Made by a program: the position numbers and the translations under genes. Source: Actinomycetes bacterium (GTDB taxonomy: Bacteria; Actinomycetota; Acidimicrobiia; Acidimicrobiales; Bog-793). Taken from it: a DNA stretch of 64,000 nucleotides. The notes under the pieces are model-generated. The model worked only from the letters and a program-made list of their open reading frames with translations. It did not search any database and had not been told where the DNA came from. The stretch lies in the NCBI GenBank assembly GCA_021798985.1, contig JAJZBI010000011.1, positions 23,775 to 87,774 on the forward strand, written 5' to 3'. Of the stretch, positions 28,324-37,313 are shown in pieces; within the stretch, counting starts at the first letter, position 1; every line of letters begins with the position of its first letter.

Positions 28324-29432
28324 GCGACTCCATCAACGCTGCGGCGGCCGAGGCAGAGCCGGCCCTGTCGGCGGGGCGGATCGCCTCGCTCGCCCATCAA
28401 TTCGTCGAGACGCCTTCGGTGAGCGGCGACGAGGCGGCACTTGCCGCCCTCGTCGCCGCGCACCTCGAGCGCTGCGAGGCGCTCGAGGTGACCCGGATCG
28501 GCGACAACGTCGTCGCCCGCCGCCGCGGCGAAGACGGTGAGCCGGTGCTGTTCGCCGGGCATCTCGACACCGTGCCACCAAGCCAGGGCGTCCGGCCGCC
28601 GTCGCTTCGCGGCGGGGTGCTCGCCGGCCTCGGCGCGGTGGACATGAAGGGCGGGCTCGCCGTCCTGGTGGCGCTTGCCACCGCGCCGGGCCGCTTCCGG
28701 CGCCCCGCCACCTTCGTCTTCTACGCCCGCGAGGAGATCGCCCGCTCACGCTCGGGGCTGCTCGAGATCGCGGCCGCCCGCGCCGACGTGCTCGAGGCGG
28801 GCGCGGCCGTCATCGCCGAGCCGACCGGCGGCGTGCTCGAGGCGGGGTGCCAAGGGGTGCTGCGCCTGCGGGTGCGCCTCGCCGGGGCGCGGGCCCACAC
28901 CGCCCGACCCTGGATGGGGGAGAACGCGATCCACCGTCTCGCACCGTTGCTCGAGCGGGCGGCCCGCTTTGTGCCCCGCGAGCCCGAGCTCGACGGCTGC
29001 CGCTACCGCGAGAGCCTCGAGGCGGTCGCTGTGAGTGGCGGGGTGGCGCCGAACGTCGTGCCCGACGCCGCCGAGGTGCTGCTCGCGCACCGCTTCGCAC
29101 CCGACCGCTCGGCCCACGCCGCCCAGGCCGCCCTCGAGGACTACCTCGCGCCGGCGCTGCGTCGCGAGGCGGGCGACGTCGTCGAGCTCGAGGAGGCGGC
29201 GCCGGCCGCGGCGCCAGGTCTCGAGCACCCGATCCTCTCCGCGTTGGTGGCGGCGAGCGCCGCGGCGCCGCGGGCCAAGCTCGGCTGGACCGACGTCGCC
29301 TTCTTCTCCGAACGCGGCGTGCCGGCCGCGAACTTCGGCCCCGGCGACCCGCTGCTCGCGCACGGCGCCGCGGAGGAGGTCAGCACGGCCGAGCTCGAAC
29401 GGTGCGCGCTCGTGCTTGCCTCATTGGTGTGA
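28320..29432 (+). CDS. dapE: succinyl-diaminopimelate desuccinylase (M20 peptidase family)
   Basis: GTG 28320 lies in a GTGA overlap. HLDTVP and DMKGGLA M20 motifs. Confidence 0.8.
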   Translation: MSDSINAAAAEAEPALSAGRIASLAHQFVETPSVSGDEAALAALVAAHLERCEALEVTRIGDNVVARRRGEDGEPVLFAGHLDTVPPSQGVRPPSLRGGVLAGLGAVDMKGGLAVLVALATAPGRFRRPATFVFYAREEIARSRSGLLEIAAARADVLEAGAAVIAEPTGGVLEAGCQGVLRLRVRLAGARAHTARPWMGENAIHRLAPLLERAARFVPREPELDGCRYRESLEAVAVSGGVAPNVVPDAAEVLLAHRFAPDRSAHAAQAALEDYLAPALRREAGDVVELEEAAPAAAPGLEHPILSALVAASAAAPRAKLGWTDVAFFSERGVPAANFGPGDPLLAHGAAEEVSTAELERCALVLASLV

Positions 29433-29472
29433 CGCCGCCCGCCCTGCGGCTGGCGGCGCAGAACCCGGCGGG

Positions 29473-30105
29473 CTAGAGGCGCCGCAGGACGGTGACGACC
29501 TTGCCGTAGAGGCGGACGTCGCCGGGCGCGAGCTCGATCGGCGCGAACGCGGCGTTCGCCGGCTCGAGCACCACCTTGTTGCGGCGACGCCGGTAGGTCT
29601 TCACGGTCGCCTCCTCGCCTGGGATCCCGGCGACCACCACGTCGCCGGGATCGGCGTCGGGCTGGCTGCGGACGACGACGAAGTCGCCGTCCAAGATCCC
29701 GGCCTCGATCATCGAGTCCCCGCGCACCCGCAGCATGAACAGCGCGCCGTCCCCGGTGAACTGCTGGGGGAGCGGCAGGACCTCCTCGACGTTCTGCTCG
29801 GCGAGCACTCCGGTGCCGGCGGCCACGTCGCCGACGAGGGGGACGTGGGCGACGGGCCCGACCGCGATGGCAGCGCCCGAGGAGGGCTCGAACTGCACGG
29901 AGATCGCGCGCGGTTTGGTCGGGTCGCGCCGCAGGTAGCCCTGGCGCTGTAGCACCTGCAGGTGCGTGTGGACGGTCGAGGACGAGGTGAGCCCGACCGC
30001 CTCGCCGATCTCTCGGACCGAGGGCGGATAGCCGCGCTCGCGGATCTGCTCCGCGATGAACTCGAGGATCTGGCGCCGCTTGCCGGTGAGGGCCACCTCG
30101 GCCAT
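29473..30105 (-). CDS. lexA: LexA repressor
   Basis: Winged HTH (GYPPSVREIGEAVGLTSSSTVHTHL) and an S24 peptidase domain (GDSM...VKTY). Confidence 0.97.
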   Translation of the reverse strand: MAEVALTGKRRQILEFIAEQIRERGYPPSVREIGEAVGLTSSSTVHTHLQVLQRQGYLRRDPTKPRAISVQFEPSSGAAIAVGPVAHVPLVGDVAAGTGVLAEQNVEEVLPLPQQFTGDGALFMLRVRGDSMIEAGILDGDFVVVRSQPDADPGDVVVAGIPGEEATVKTYRRRRNKVVLEPANAAFAPIELAPGDVRLYGKVVTVLRRL

Positions 30106-30180
30106 GTCGCACCTCCTGACCGCCGACGTGAGGCCGCCTCGCGCCGTTGGTGCAGGCTACAGCGCTGTCACAGCCACTTG

Positions 30181-30209
30181 CAAACATGCGTTCGTGAAAC
30201 ATACGTTTG
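30181..30209. promoter_or_regulatory. two tandem degenerate SOS (Cheo-type) boxes
   Basis: cAAAC-ATGC-GTTCg (30181-30194) and GAAAC-ATAC-GTTTg (30196-30209). Both have the RAAC-N4-GTTY form and lie between lexA and the divergent LysM gene. Confidence 0.55.
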
Positions 30210-30219
30210 CTCCTACTAG

Positions 30220-30233
30220 CGAACAGGTGTTCG
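30220..30233. promoter_or_regulatory. canonical actinobacterial/Gram-positive SOS box
   Basis: CGAAC-AGGT-GTTCG is a perfect match to the GAAC-N4-GTTC consensus, 24 nt upstream of the LysM gene ATG. Confidence 0.85.
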
Positions 30234-30256
30234 CACTGCTCCTCGAGGAGGCTCCG

Positions 30257-30652
30257 ATGGCCGCGATTGCCTTTCCCTCCGTCGCCCGCTCGCAGCGACC
30301 CGGGCGCCCGGCGCTTCGCCTGGTGCCCGGTGGGTTCGCGGAAACGCGCCCGTCGCCTGGGCATCGCCGCGGCCGGCTGGCTCCGCTGCTCGCGTGTGTC
30401 GCCTTGGTGGTCGGGGTCTGGTTCGGTGCCGGGGCGCTCCGATCGGCCGCCACGCCGTCGCACCTCGCGAGGATCCCCGGGGCGGTGGTCTCCGATGGCG
30501 TCGCTCACTACGTCGCGCGACCGGGAGACACGCTGTGGTCGATCGCCAGCCGACTCGACCCGGGCGGTGATCCACGGCCGATTGTCGACGAGCTCGCCGC
30601 CGAGCTGCACGGAGCGCCGCTCGAGGCCGGAATGAGCCTGATCCTGCCGTGA
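30257..30652 (+). CDS. LysM domain membrane protein (SOS-box-associated, Mtb Rv2719c-like position)
   Basis: ATG 30257 follows GAGGAGG. One TM segment (LLACVALVVGVWFGAGAL) and a C-terminal LysM (YVARPGDTLWSIASRL). Confidence 0.8.
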   Translation: MAAIAFPSVARSQRPGRPALRLVPGGFAETRPSPGHRRGRLAPLLACVALVVGVWFGAGALRSAATPSHLARIPGAVVSDGVAHYVARPGDTLWSIASRLDPGGDPRPIVDELAAELHGAPLEAGMSLILP

Positions 30653-30712
30653 GCCACCCAGCCACGATCGGGGCGATCGTCGGCTCGCCCGCCGGGGCGG
30701 TAGCCTCCCGCG

Positions 30713-31201
30713 GTGCGCTGCCCGAGCTGCGGTGGGATGGAAGACCGCGTCATCGACTCGCGCGAGGTCGAGGCGGGGGCGGCGGTGCGCCGTCGCCGCG
30801 AGTGCGTGGCCTGCGGCGCGCGCTTCACGACGATGGAGCGCAGCATCGGGCCGTCCCTCGCCGTCTTGAAGCGCTCTGGTGAGCGGGAGCCATTCGTGCG
30901 CGAGAAACTCGTGGCGGGCGTGCGCGCCGCCTGCAAGAACCGGCCGGTCGACGACGCGCTCGTCGAGTCCTTGGCGCTCGAGATCGAAGAGTCGTGCCGG
31001 GGGGCAGGGGGCGAGGTCACGAGCCAAGCGCTCGGCCTGGCGGTCCTCGATCGCCTGCGCGAGCTCGACGAGGTCGCGTACCTGCGCTTCGCGAGCGTCT
31101 ACAAGGGCTTCGAGGACGCTGGCGACTTCGCCCGTGAGGCGGGGATGCTGAGCGGAGGCGCGCTCACCAAGGTGACCGCGCCCAAGCGCCACCAGCGCTG
31201 A
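30713..31201 (+). CDS. nrdR: transcriptional repressor NrdR
   Basis: Zn ribbon CPSCG...CVACG plus an ATP-cone. Confidence 0.95.
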   Translation: MRCPSCGGMEDRVIDSREVEAGAAVRRRRECVACGARFTTMERSIGPSLAVLKRSGEREPFVREKLVAGVRAACKNRPVDDALVESLALEIEESCRGAGGEVTSQALGLAVLDRLRELDEVAYLRFASVYKGFEDAGDFAREAGMLSGGALTKVTAPKRHQR

Positions 31202-31208
31202 GCCGGTC

Positions 31209-31919
31209 GTGGAGCTGCTCGCGGCGGCGCCCGAGCGGGTGCTCGCGATCTATGCCCATCCCGACGATCCCGACGTCGCCTGCGGTGCCACCTTGGCGCA
31301 CTGGGCGGCGGCGGGCGCCGAGGTGCACATCGTGCTCGCCGCCGTCGGTGACAAGGGAGCCGACGATCCGGCGGCGGATCCCGGCGAGCTCGCCCGCGTG
31401 CGAGCGGGCGAGGTGGCCCGTGCCGCGGCCGCGCTCGGGGTGGCCTCGAGCATCCAGCTCGGCGGGCGCGACGGCGAACTCGAGAACGACCTCGCGCTCC
31501 GGCGGACGCTCGTCAGCGCGGTCCGCTCGATCCGCCCGGCAGTGGTCGTTTGCCCCGACCCCACGGCGGTCTTCTTCGGCGAGCACTACTACAACCACCG
31601 CGATCACCGGGTGATCGGCTTCGCCGCGCTCGACGCCGTCGCCCCGGCTGCCGCCTCGCCGCTGTACTTTCCCGAAGCGGGAGCCCCCTGGCAGGTGTCC
31701 ACGGTGTACCTCTCTGGCACCCTCGAGCCCAACGTGTGCGTGGAGGTGAGCGACACCATCGGCCAGAAGCTCGAGGCCGTCCTGGCGCATCGCAGCCAGC
31801 TCGGCGAGGGCGACGAGCACTTCCGGGCAGTGCTCGAAGCGCGCGCCCGCGAGATGGGCCGCGAGGTCGGCGTGCGCTACGCGGAATCGTTCCGCCGGCT
31901 CCAGCTGGCGGCGGGCTGA
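31209..31919 (+). CDS. PIG-L/LmbE family deacetylase
   Basis: AHPDDPD motif and an LmbE-like fold pattern. Confidence 0.8.
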   Translation: MELLAAAPERVLAIYAHPDDPDVACGATLAHWAAAGAEVHIVLAAVGDKGADDPAADPGELARVRAGEVARAAAALGVASSIQLGGRDGELENDLALRRTLVSAVRSIRPAVVVCPDPTAVFFGEHYYNHRDHRVIGFAALDAVAPAAASPLYFPEAGAPWQVSTVYLSGTLEPNVCVEVSDTIGQKLEAVLAHRSQLGEGDEHFRAVLEARAREMGREVGVRYAESFRRLQLAAG

Positions 31920-31926
31920 CGCGCCC

Positions 31927-33225
31927 GTGGGCGCCGGCGACCGCCGGGCGCTGAGCGCTGTTCAGGCGGCCGCCGCAGGCGCGCCGAGCGACATCTTGCA
32001 CCTCGACATGGACGCGTTCTTCGCCTCCGTCGAGGTCCTCGACGACCCGACGCTCGCCGGAAAGCCGGTGGTCGTCGGCGGAACGGGAGGACGCGGGGTG
32101 GTGGCCTCGGCGTCCTATGCCGCCCGGCGGTTCGGCGTCTTCTCGGCGATGCCGATGGCCGAAGCGCGCCGGCGCTGCCCCGGGCTCATCGCCGTGCCCG
32201 GTCGCTTCGGGCGCTACAGCGAGGTGAGCGCGGCCCTGATGGGGCTGCTGCGCGAGGTGACGCCGCTCGTTGAGCCCGTCTCGCTCGACGAGGCTTACCT
32301 CGACGTGTCAGGTGCCCATGGGCTGTGGGGGACGAGCGAGCAGATCGCCGTCGCCCTGCGCGGGCGCGTGCATGCAGCGCTCGCCTTGAGCTGTGCGGTG
32401 GGCGTCGGGCGGACCAAGCTGATCGCCAAATTGGCGTCCAAGGCGGCCAAGCCGCCGGCCGACGAGGGCGGCACGCTGGCCGGTGCCGGGGTGCTCATCG
32501 TCCGCGCTGGCGAGGAGGAGGCGTTCTTGCTCGGCCAGCCGATCCGGGCGATCCCGGGGGTCGGGCCGCGCAGCGCCGAGCGCCTGGCGCGCTATGGGAT
32601 CGCGACGGTCGCCGATGCCCGGCAGCTCGAGCGGGCGGGCTTTGTCCGGCTCTTTGGGAGCTCGCACGGCAATGCCCTGTGCGACCTCATCGCCGGCATC
32701 GACCCCCGTCGGGTCGAGCCCGAGCGCGAGGTGCGTTCGATCGGCCACGAGGAGACCTTTGCCAGCGACGATGCGGACCTCGCGTCGCTGCAACGCAAGG
32801 CGAGGCGGATGGCCGACGCGGTCGCCGCGCGCTGTCGGCGGGCGGCGGTCGTCGGCCGGACCGTCACCGTCAAGGTGCGCTTTTCGGACTTCAGCACCAT
32901 CAACCGCTCGCGCACCCTGGCGCACCCGGCGGCGACCGGCGCCGAGATCGGGGCGGTCGCCGCCGCGCTCCTCGAGGCGCTCGAGCTGGGGCGCGGGGTT
33001 CGCCTGCTCGGGGTCCATGTGAGCGGGCTCGTGTCGCGCGACGAGGGGGCAGAGCAGCTCGAGCTCTTCCCGGCCGCGTCCAGCGAGCCCGATGGATCGC
33101 TGGACGCGGGGACGCGCGAGCGGCGGCTCGAGCTCGAGGCTGCCGCCGATGCGGTCCGTCGCCGCTTCGGCGAGGGGGCGCTCTGGCCGCCTCGCGGGGA
33201 CGACGGGGGCCCAGCACGCCCCTGA
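31927..33225 (+). CDS. dinB: DNA polymerase IV (Y-family)
   Basis: LHLDMDAFFASVE and SLDEAYLDV motifs, with a little-finger domain. Confidence 0.92.
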   Translation: MGAGDRRALSAVQAAAAGAPSDILHLDMDAFFASVEVLDDPTLAGKPVVVGGTGGRGVVASASYAARRFGVFSAMPMAEARRRCPGLIAVPGRFGRYSEVSAALMGLLREVTPLVEPVSLDEAYLDVSGAHGLWGTSEQIAVALRGRVHAALALSCAVGVGRTKLIAKLASKAAKPPADEGGTLAGAGVLIVRAGEEEAFLLGQPIRAIPGVGPRSAERLARYGIATVADARQLERAGFVRLFGSSHGNALCDLIAGIDPRRVEPEREVRSIGHEETFASDDADLASLQRKARRMADAVAARCRRAAVVGRTVTVKVRFSDFSTINRSRTLAHPAATGAEIGAVAAALLEALELGRGVRLLGVHVSGLVSRDEGAEQLELFPAASSEPDGSLDAGTRERRLELEAAADAVRRRFGEGALWPPRGDDGGPARP

Positions 33226-33377
33226 GGGGCGGGGTTGCCCGGAGGTGATGCCCCCGTCTGGGCCGACGGCGCATTGTTCCGCCTTGGGGCCTGCGCGAGA
33301 ATGACGCGTCCGGTGGTTCGGGCATGCAGCAACGGCAGGCGACGGGGGGCCGTCGCCATGGCCGGGAAGGGGCAGGT

Positions 33378-33758
33378 GTGCCGCTCTCCGAAGAGGAACA
33401 GCGGATCCTCCAGGAGCTCGAGCAGAAGCTCTACGAGCAGGACCGGGCCTTTGTCGACCGCGTCCGCGCGGAGAGTCCGGGCTCGATGGCCCGCCGCTCC
33501 CTGCGCTGGGCAGGCGGCGCGTTCATCGTCGGCTTCGCGGTCGTGCTGGTCTCCTTCCGCTCCTCCCTGCTCCTTGGCACCTTCGGCTTCTTGGTGATGC
33601 TTTTCGCCGCCCTGCTCTTCGAGCGCAGCGCCCGCGTCGCCTACCGGGCCGAACCGACCCGGCAGCACGGCGAGGCGCGCGGCGCGCGGCGGCGCGGGGA
33701 TCTCGCCAACGCGCTCCAACGCATCCGGCGCCTGCCGCGCTCGCGGCGCAGCCACTGA
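33378..33758 (+). CDS. DUF3040-type membrane protein
   Basis: GTG 33378 (the track ORF starts at 33324). LSEEEQRILQELEQKL is followed by two hydrophobic helices. Confidence 0.7.
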   Translation: MPLSEEEQRILQELEQKLYEQDRAFVDRVRAESPGSMARRSLRWAGGAFIVGFAVVLVSFRSSLLLGTFGFLVMLFAALLFERSARVAYRAEPTRQHGEARGARRRGDLANALQRIRRLPRSRRSH

Positions 33759-33781
33759 CGCGCCCCATCGCCACCGGCGCG

Positions 33782-34030
33782 GTGCTGCGCGCCCTTGGCG
33801 ACGAGCCGCGGCTGTGGGCCGAGGCCGTGCGCACGGCGCGCGCCCACGTGCCCCGTCGATGGTGGCGCCGCGCGCCCTTCCTGCCCTTGCCGGACCGGGC
33901 CTGGCTCGCGTTCCGCCTCGAGACCGCGTACGGCGCCTCGGGTGCCGAGATGCCGGTCGAAGACCTCCTCGGGTATCTGCGGTGGTGTCGTGGCCTGCGC
34001 CACGACCGGCGCTCGCCCATCCGCCGGTGA
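33782..34030 (+). CDS. small Trp/Arg-rich hypothetical protein (82 aa)
   Basis: Strong G/C third-position bias, while the overlapping frames look like nonsense. No family recognised. Confidence 0.5.
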   Translation: MLRALGDEPRLWAEAVRTARAHVPRRWWRRAPFLPLPDRAWLAFRLETAYGASGAEMPVEDLLGYLRWCRGLRHDRRSPIRR

Positions 34031-34100
34031 GGGACCGCGGCGCGATAAGGTCCCCGACGATGCCGCCCGGGGGATACGGGATCATCGCGGTGGAGGGCCC

Positions 34101-34619
34101 GTGAACGCTCGCGCCCTCGTGCTCAACGCCACCTACGAGCCCCTCTGTGTCGTCCCCTCGCGCCGCGCGCTGGTGCTCGTGTTGAACGACCGGGCCGAGC
34201 TCGTCCACGACACCGGTCGCGCGTTCCACTCCGCCCGGGCGAGCTTCCCCGAGCCATCTGTCGTCCGCCTGGCGCAATACGTGCGGGTGCCGCGCCAAGG
34301 GCGCGTCGCCATCTCGCGGCGCTCGGTGTTCGCCCGCGACGGGCACCGCTGCCAGTACTGCGGCTCGGCGGCAGAGAACATCGACCACGTCGTTCCGCGC
34401 AGCCGCGGCGGCACCCACACCTGGGACAACGTCGTCGCCGCCTGCCGGCGCTGCAACGCCGCCAAAGAGGACCGCCTGCTCGAAGAGACCGCGTTCGTGC
34501 TGCGGCGGCGCCCGGTCGCGCCGCGCTCACGGGTGTGGCTGCTCGTCGCCAGCGGGGAGGTGCGCGCCGAGTGGGAGGCTTACGTCAACCCGGTGCTCGG
34601 ACGAGCCGTCGGGCTCTAG
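34101..34619 (+). CDS. HNH endonuclease
   Basis: GTG 34101 follows GGTGGAGGG. HRCQYCG...DHVVPRSRGG...WDNVVAACRRCN HNH motif. Confidence 0.85.
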   Translation: MNARALVLNATYEPLCVVPSRRALVLVLNDRAELVHDTGRAFHSARASFPEPSVVRLAQYVRVPRQGRVAISRRSVFARDGHRCQYCGSAAENIDHVVPRSRGGTHTWDNVVAACRRCNAAKEDRLLEETAFVLRRRPVAPRSRVWLLVASGEVRAEWEAYVNPVLGRAVGL

Positions 34620-35287
34620 GGGGCTTCCCCCTCACCTACTGCAGCGCCGCGACCGAACGGCTCGTCGCGCCGGCGCCGCCTGAGGATGGCGAGCGCCGAG
34701 CGGTCTTCCTCGAGCCCCTGCGCCCCGCCGTGGTGCTCGGGAGCGCCCAGCCGGTCGCCCTCGCCGATGCCGGGCGCGCCGAGCGGGCGGGCTTCGACAT
34801 CGTCCGGCGACGAAGCGGCGGCGGTGCGGTGCTCGTCGCCCCGGGCGCCCAGCTCTGGCTGGACGTCTTCGTGCCGGCCAGCGACCCGCTGTTTGATCAC
34901 GACGTCGTGGCGTCGTCGCGCTGGCTCGGCGAGCTGTGGCGTGGTGTGCTGAGCGAGGCGGGGGTGCCGGCCACCGCCCTCGAGGTGCACGCCGGCGGCC
35001 TGGTCGCCACGGCGAGCTCGCGCCTCGTCTGCTTCGCCGGCCTCGGCCCGGGCGAGGTCACGCTGGAGGGCCGCAAGCTGGTCGGCTGCTCGCAACGCCG
35101 CACCCGCGCCGGGGCCTGGTTCCACTCGATGGTGCTGCTCGAGGCGCGCCAGCACGAGCTCGCCGAGCTGCTCGTGCTCGAGCCGTCCGCACGCGAGGAG
35201 CTCCGGCAGACCATCCGCGCCGAGACGACCGCGGTGGCGCTGAGCGCCGCCGAGCTCACCAAGCGTCTGGGTGACGCGCTGGGGTGA
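34571..35287 (+). CDS. biotin/lipoate A/B protein ligase family protein (LplA/LipB-like)
   Basis: RRRSGGGAVLVAPGAQLW and GRKLVGCSQRR motifs. The start is uncertain (GTG 34571 or GTG 34535); either one overlaps the HNH gene. Confidence 0.65.
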   Translation: MGGLRQPGARTSRRALGGFPLTYCSAATERLVAPAPPEDGERRAVFLEPLRPAVVLGSAQPVALADAGRAERAGFDIVRRRSGGGAVLVAPGAQLWLDVFVPASDPLFDHDVVASSRWLGELWRGVLSEAGVPATALEVHAGGLVATASSRLVCFAGLGPGEVTLEGRKLVGCSQRRTRAGAWFHSMVLLEARQHELAELLVLEPSAREELRQTIRAETTAVALSAAELTKRLGDALG

Positions 35288-35316
35288 GGCGGGCCGCGCG
35301 CCCTGCACGACGCGGA

Positions 35317-36900
35317 TCAGTGGCCGTGGCCCTTGGCCTTGCCCGGCCCGCCGTTGCCCGGGCCACCGTCGCCGCCGGGCGGGCCCGGTGACGGGCCCGC
35401 GGAAATCGTCGGGGCGTTGAGGCCGAGGCTCGCGGCGAGCACGTCGACGTCGTGGGTGAGCGCGCCCACCGCCGCGCCGTTCACGCCACCGGCACCGATC
35501 GCGTAGCCGAGGTCGCCGCCGAGGCGGTTGATGCCCTGCTGGTAGCCGCCGCCCGGACCGCCCTGGGCCATTGACTGGAGCGCTTGGTACAAGGTGCCGG
35601 CGGCCACCGGGCTGACGGTGCCGGCCCGTACCCCCGAGGTGATCGCCGCCACGAGGGTGTCCGCCGCACGCGTGGGGCTCGGCAGCGTGGTGGTGGTCGG
35701 CGGCGTGCTCGTCGTGGTGGTGCTCGTCGTCGTGGTGGTGCTGGTGGTCGTACTGGTCGAGGTCGTGGTGGAGCTCGTGGTGCTCGGTGAGCTCGTGGTG
35801 CTCGAGCGGCTCGAGTGCCGCGAGGCGGTCTCGTGCGGCCCGAGCGACTGGTGGCCAGCGGCGGTGCCCCCCGAGCCCACGAGCCGCTCGATCCCAAAGC
35901 CGACCGCCCCGGCGAGGACCATCGCGGCGAGCGCCCCGGCGAGCAGGGCGCCCCGCCGGCGGCCCGCCGGGAGCTCTTCTGGTGCCTCGGCTCCCGCCGC
36001 GGCCGCCGCCGGTCCGGAGAGCTGCAGCGTGGCCGGCTCGGGGACGGCGATCACCCGGGTGGGGTCGGTCGCGCGGTCGGCGACGGCGAGCGCGCCGAGC
36101 GCCCCGGCGAGCTCGCCGGCGGGCGGACGCCGTGCGGGATCCGGGTCGGTCAAGGCCGCGATCAGCGACTGCCAGGCCGGCTCCAGCTCCTCGAGCACGA
36201 GGCGGTCGGCATGGACCTTGGCGGCGGCGACCTCGACGGCGGGCCCGTCGTAGAGGCGGCGGCCCAGCAAGCACTCGGCGAGCACGAGGCCGAGGCCGTA
36301 GCAGTCCGCCGGCGGCCCCACCACGCGGCCGGCGACCTGTTCGGGCGCGAGGTAGGCGGGGGTGCCGAGCACGGTGCCCGTGACCGTCAGCCCTCCGGTG
36401 TCGACGAGCCGGGCGATGCCGAAGTCGGCGAGGCGGACGCGCGCCTCGGGGCCGAGCAGGATGTTGCCGGGCTTGACGTCGCGGTGGACGACGCCTTGGG
36501 CGTGCACGTACGCGAGCCCCGTGGCGACGGCGCTGCCGATGCGGGCGACCTCGGTGGGCGGGAGCGTCCCGGCTTGGCGGCGGCGCTCGGCGAGGCTCTC
36601 GCCGACGACGAGCTCCATCACGAGGTAGGGGCGCTCGCCGGTCTCGCCGGCGTCGAGCAGCCGGACGATGTTGGGATGTTCGAGGCGCGCCAGGGTGCGG
36701 ATCTCGCCCGAGAAGCGCTCGGGGTCAGCGCCCGAGGACGCCGCCAGCAGCTTGATGGCGACGGTCCGCTCGAGGCGCTCGTCCACCGCGGCGCGCACCT
36801 CGGCCATGCCCCCGCGCCCGAGGAGCTCGCCGAGCCGGTAGCGCCCGTCCAAGAGCTCGCCGGTGTGGCCCCGCGGGCCGGGTGGTTCGGGAGCTACCAC
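35317..36900 (-). CDS. Ser/Thr protein kinase with one TM helix and a Thr/Ser-rich extracellular tail
   Basis: GTG 36900. Hanks motifs GRGGMAEV, HRDVKPGNILL, DFG and GTPAYLAPE. TM helix ALLAGALAAMVLAGAVGFGI. No PASTA domain is evident. Confidence 0.9.
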   Translation of the reverse strand: MVAPEPPGPRGHTGELLDGRYRLGELLGRGGMAEVRAAVDERLERTVAIKLLAASSGADPERFSGEIRTLARLEHPNIVRLLDAGETGERPYLVMELVVGESLAERRRQAGTLPPTEVARIGSAVATGLAYVHAQGVVHRDVKPGNILLGPEARVRLADFGIARLVDTGGLTVTGTVLGTPAYLAPEQVAGRVVGPPADCYGLGLVLAECLLGRRLYDGPAVEVAAAKVHADRLVLEELEPAWQSLIAALTDPDPARRPPAGELAGALGALAVADRATDPTRVIAVPEPATLQLSGPAAAAAGAEAPEELPAGRRRGALLAGALAAMVLAGAVGFGIERLVGSGGTAAGHQSLGPHETASRHSSRSSTTSSPSTTSSTTTSTSTTTSTTTTTSTTTTSTPPTTTTLPSPTRAADTLVAAITSGVRAGTVSPVAAGTLYQALQSMAQGGPGGGYQQGINRLGGDLGYAIGAGGVNGAAVGALTHDVDVLAASLGLNAPTISAGPSPGPPGGDGGPGNGGPGKAKGHGH

Positions 36901-37313
36901 GATCTCGTGCCCTTTCGTGCAGCCGCGAGGGCGCGCGTCCCGGTTCCCTTGCGCGCGGCGCGGCGGAGTGGCCTGCAGCAAGGCCTCGCCGGGCCGTCGA
37001 GGTGCGGGACATCGCGGATGCCCCAGAACGGGGTACCGAGCACCCCGGCATGGTACTCGGCGCCCCCTCCTGCTTCGCGCGCCGCCGGCCCCGCGCCCCG
37101 TCGCCGCTAGAACGTGCGGCATGATGGGTGCCACGAGCGACACGAGGGCGTCGACGGGCGGCGGCGTGGCCCGCGGGGGACCGATGCTCCGATGGCCGGT
37201 GCTCCGCCCCCACATGGCGCTGCTCGAGCGTCGGGTGTGCACGGAGGAGGTTGCACGGTGAGGTCACCACGGACAGCTCGCGGCGCGCTGCGCGCCGGGA
37301 AGAGCCTCCGACC

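Noticed and set aside
36901-37242. An N-terminal extension of the Ser/Thr kinase up to the ATG at 37242.
   Set aside because: The 114 additional residues are Arg/Pro-rich with no kinase or regulatory motif. The Hanks subdomain I begins ~20 aa after GTG 36900, which gives a normal-length N-terminus.
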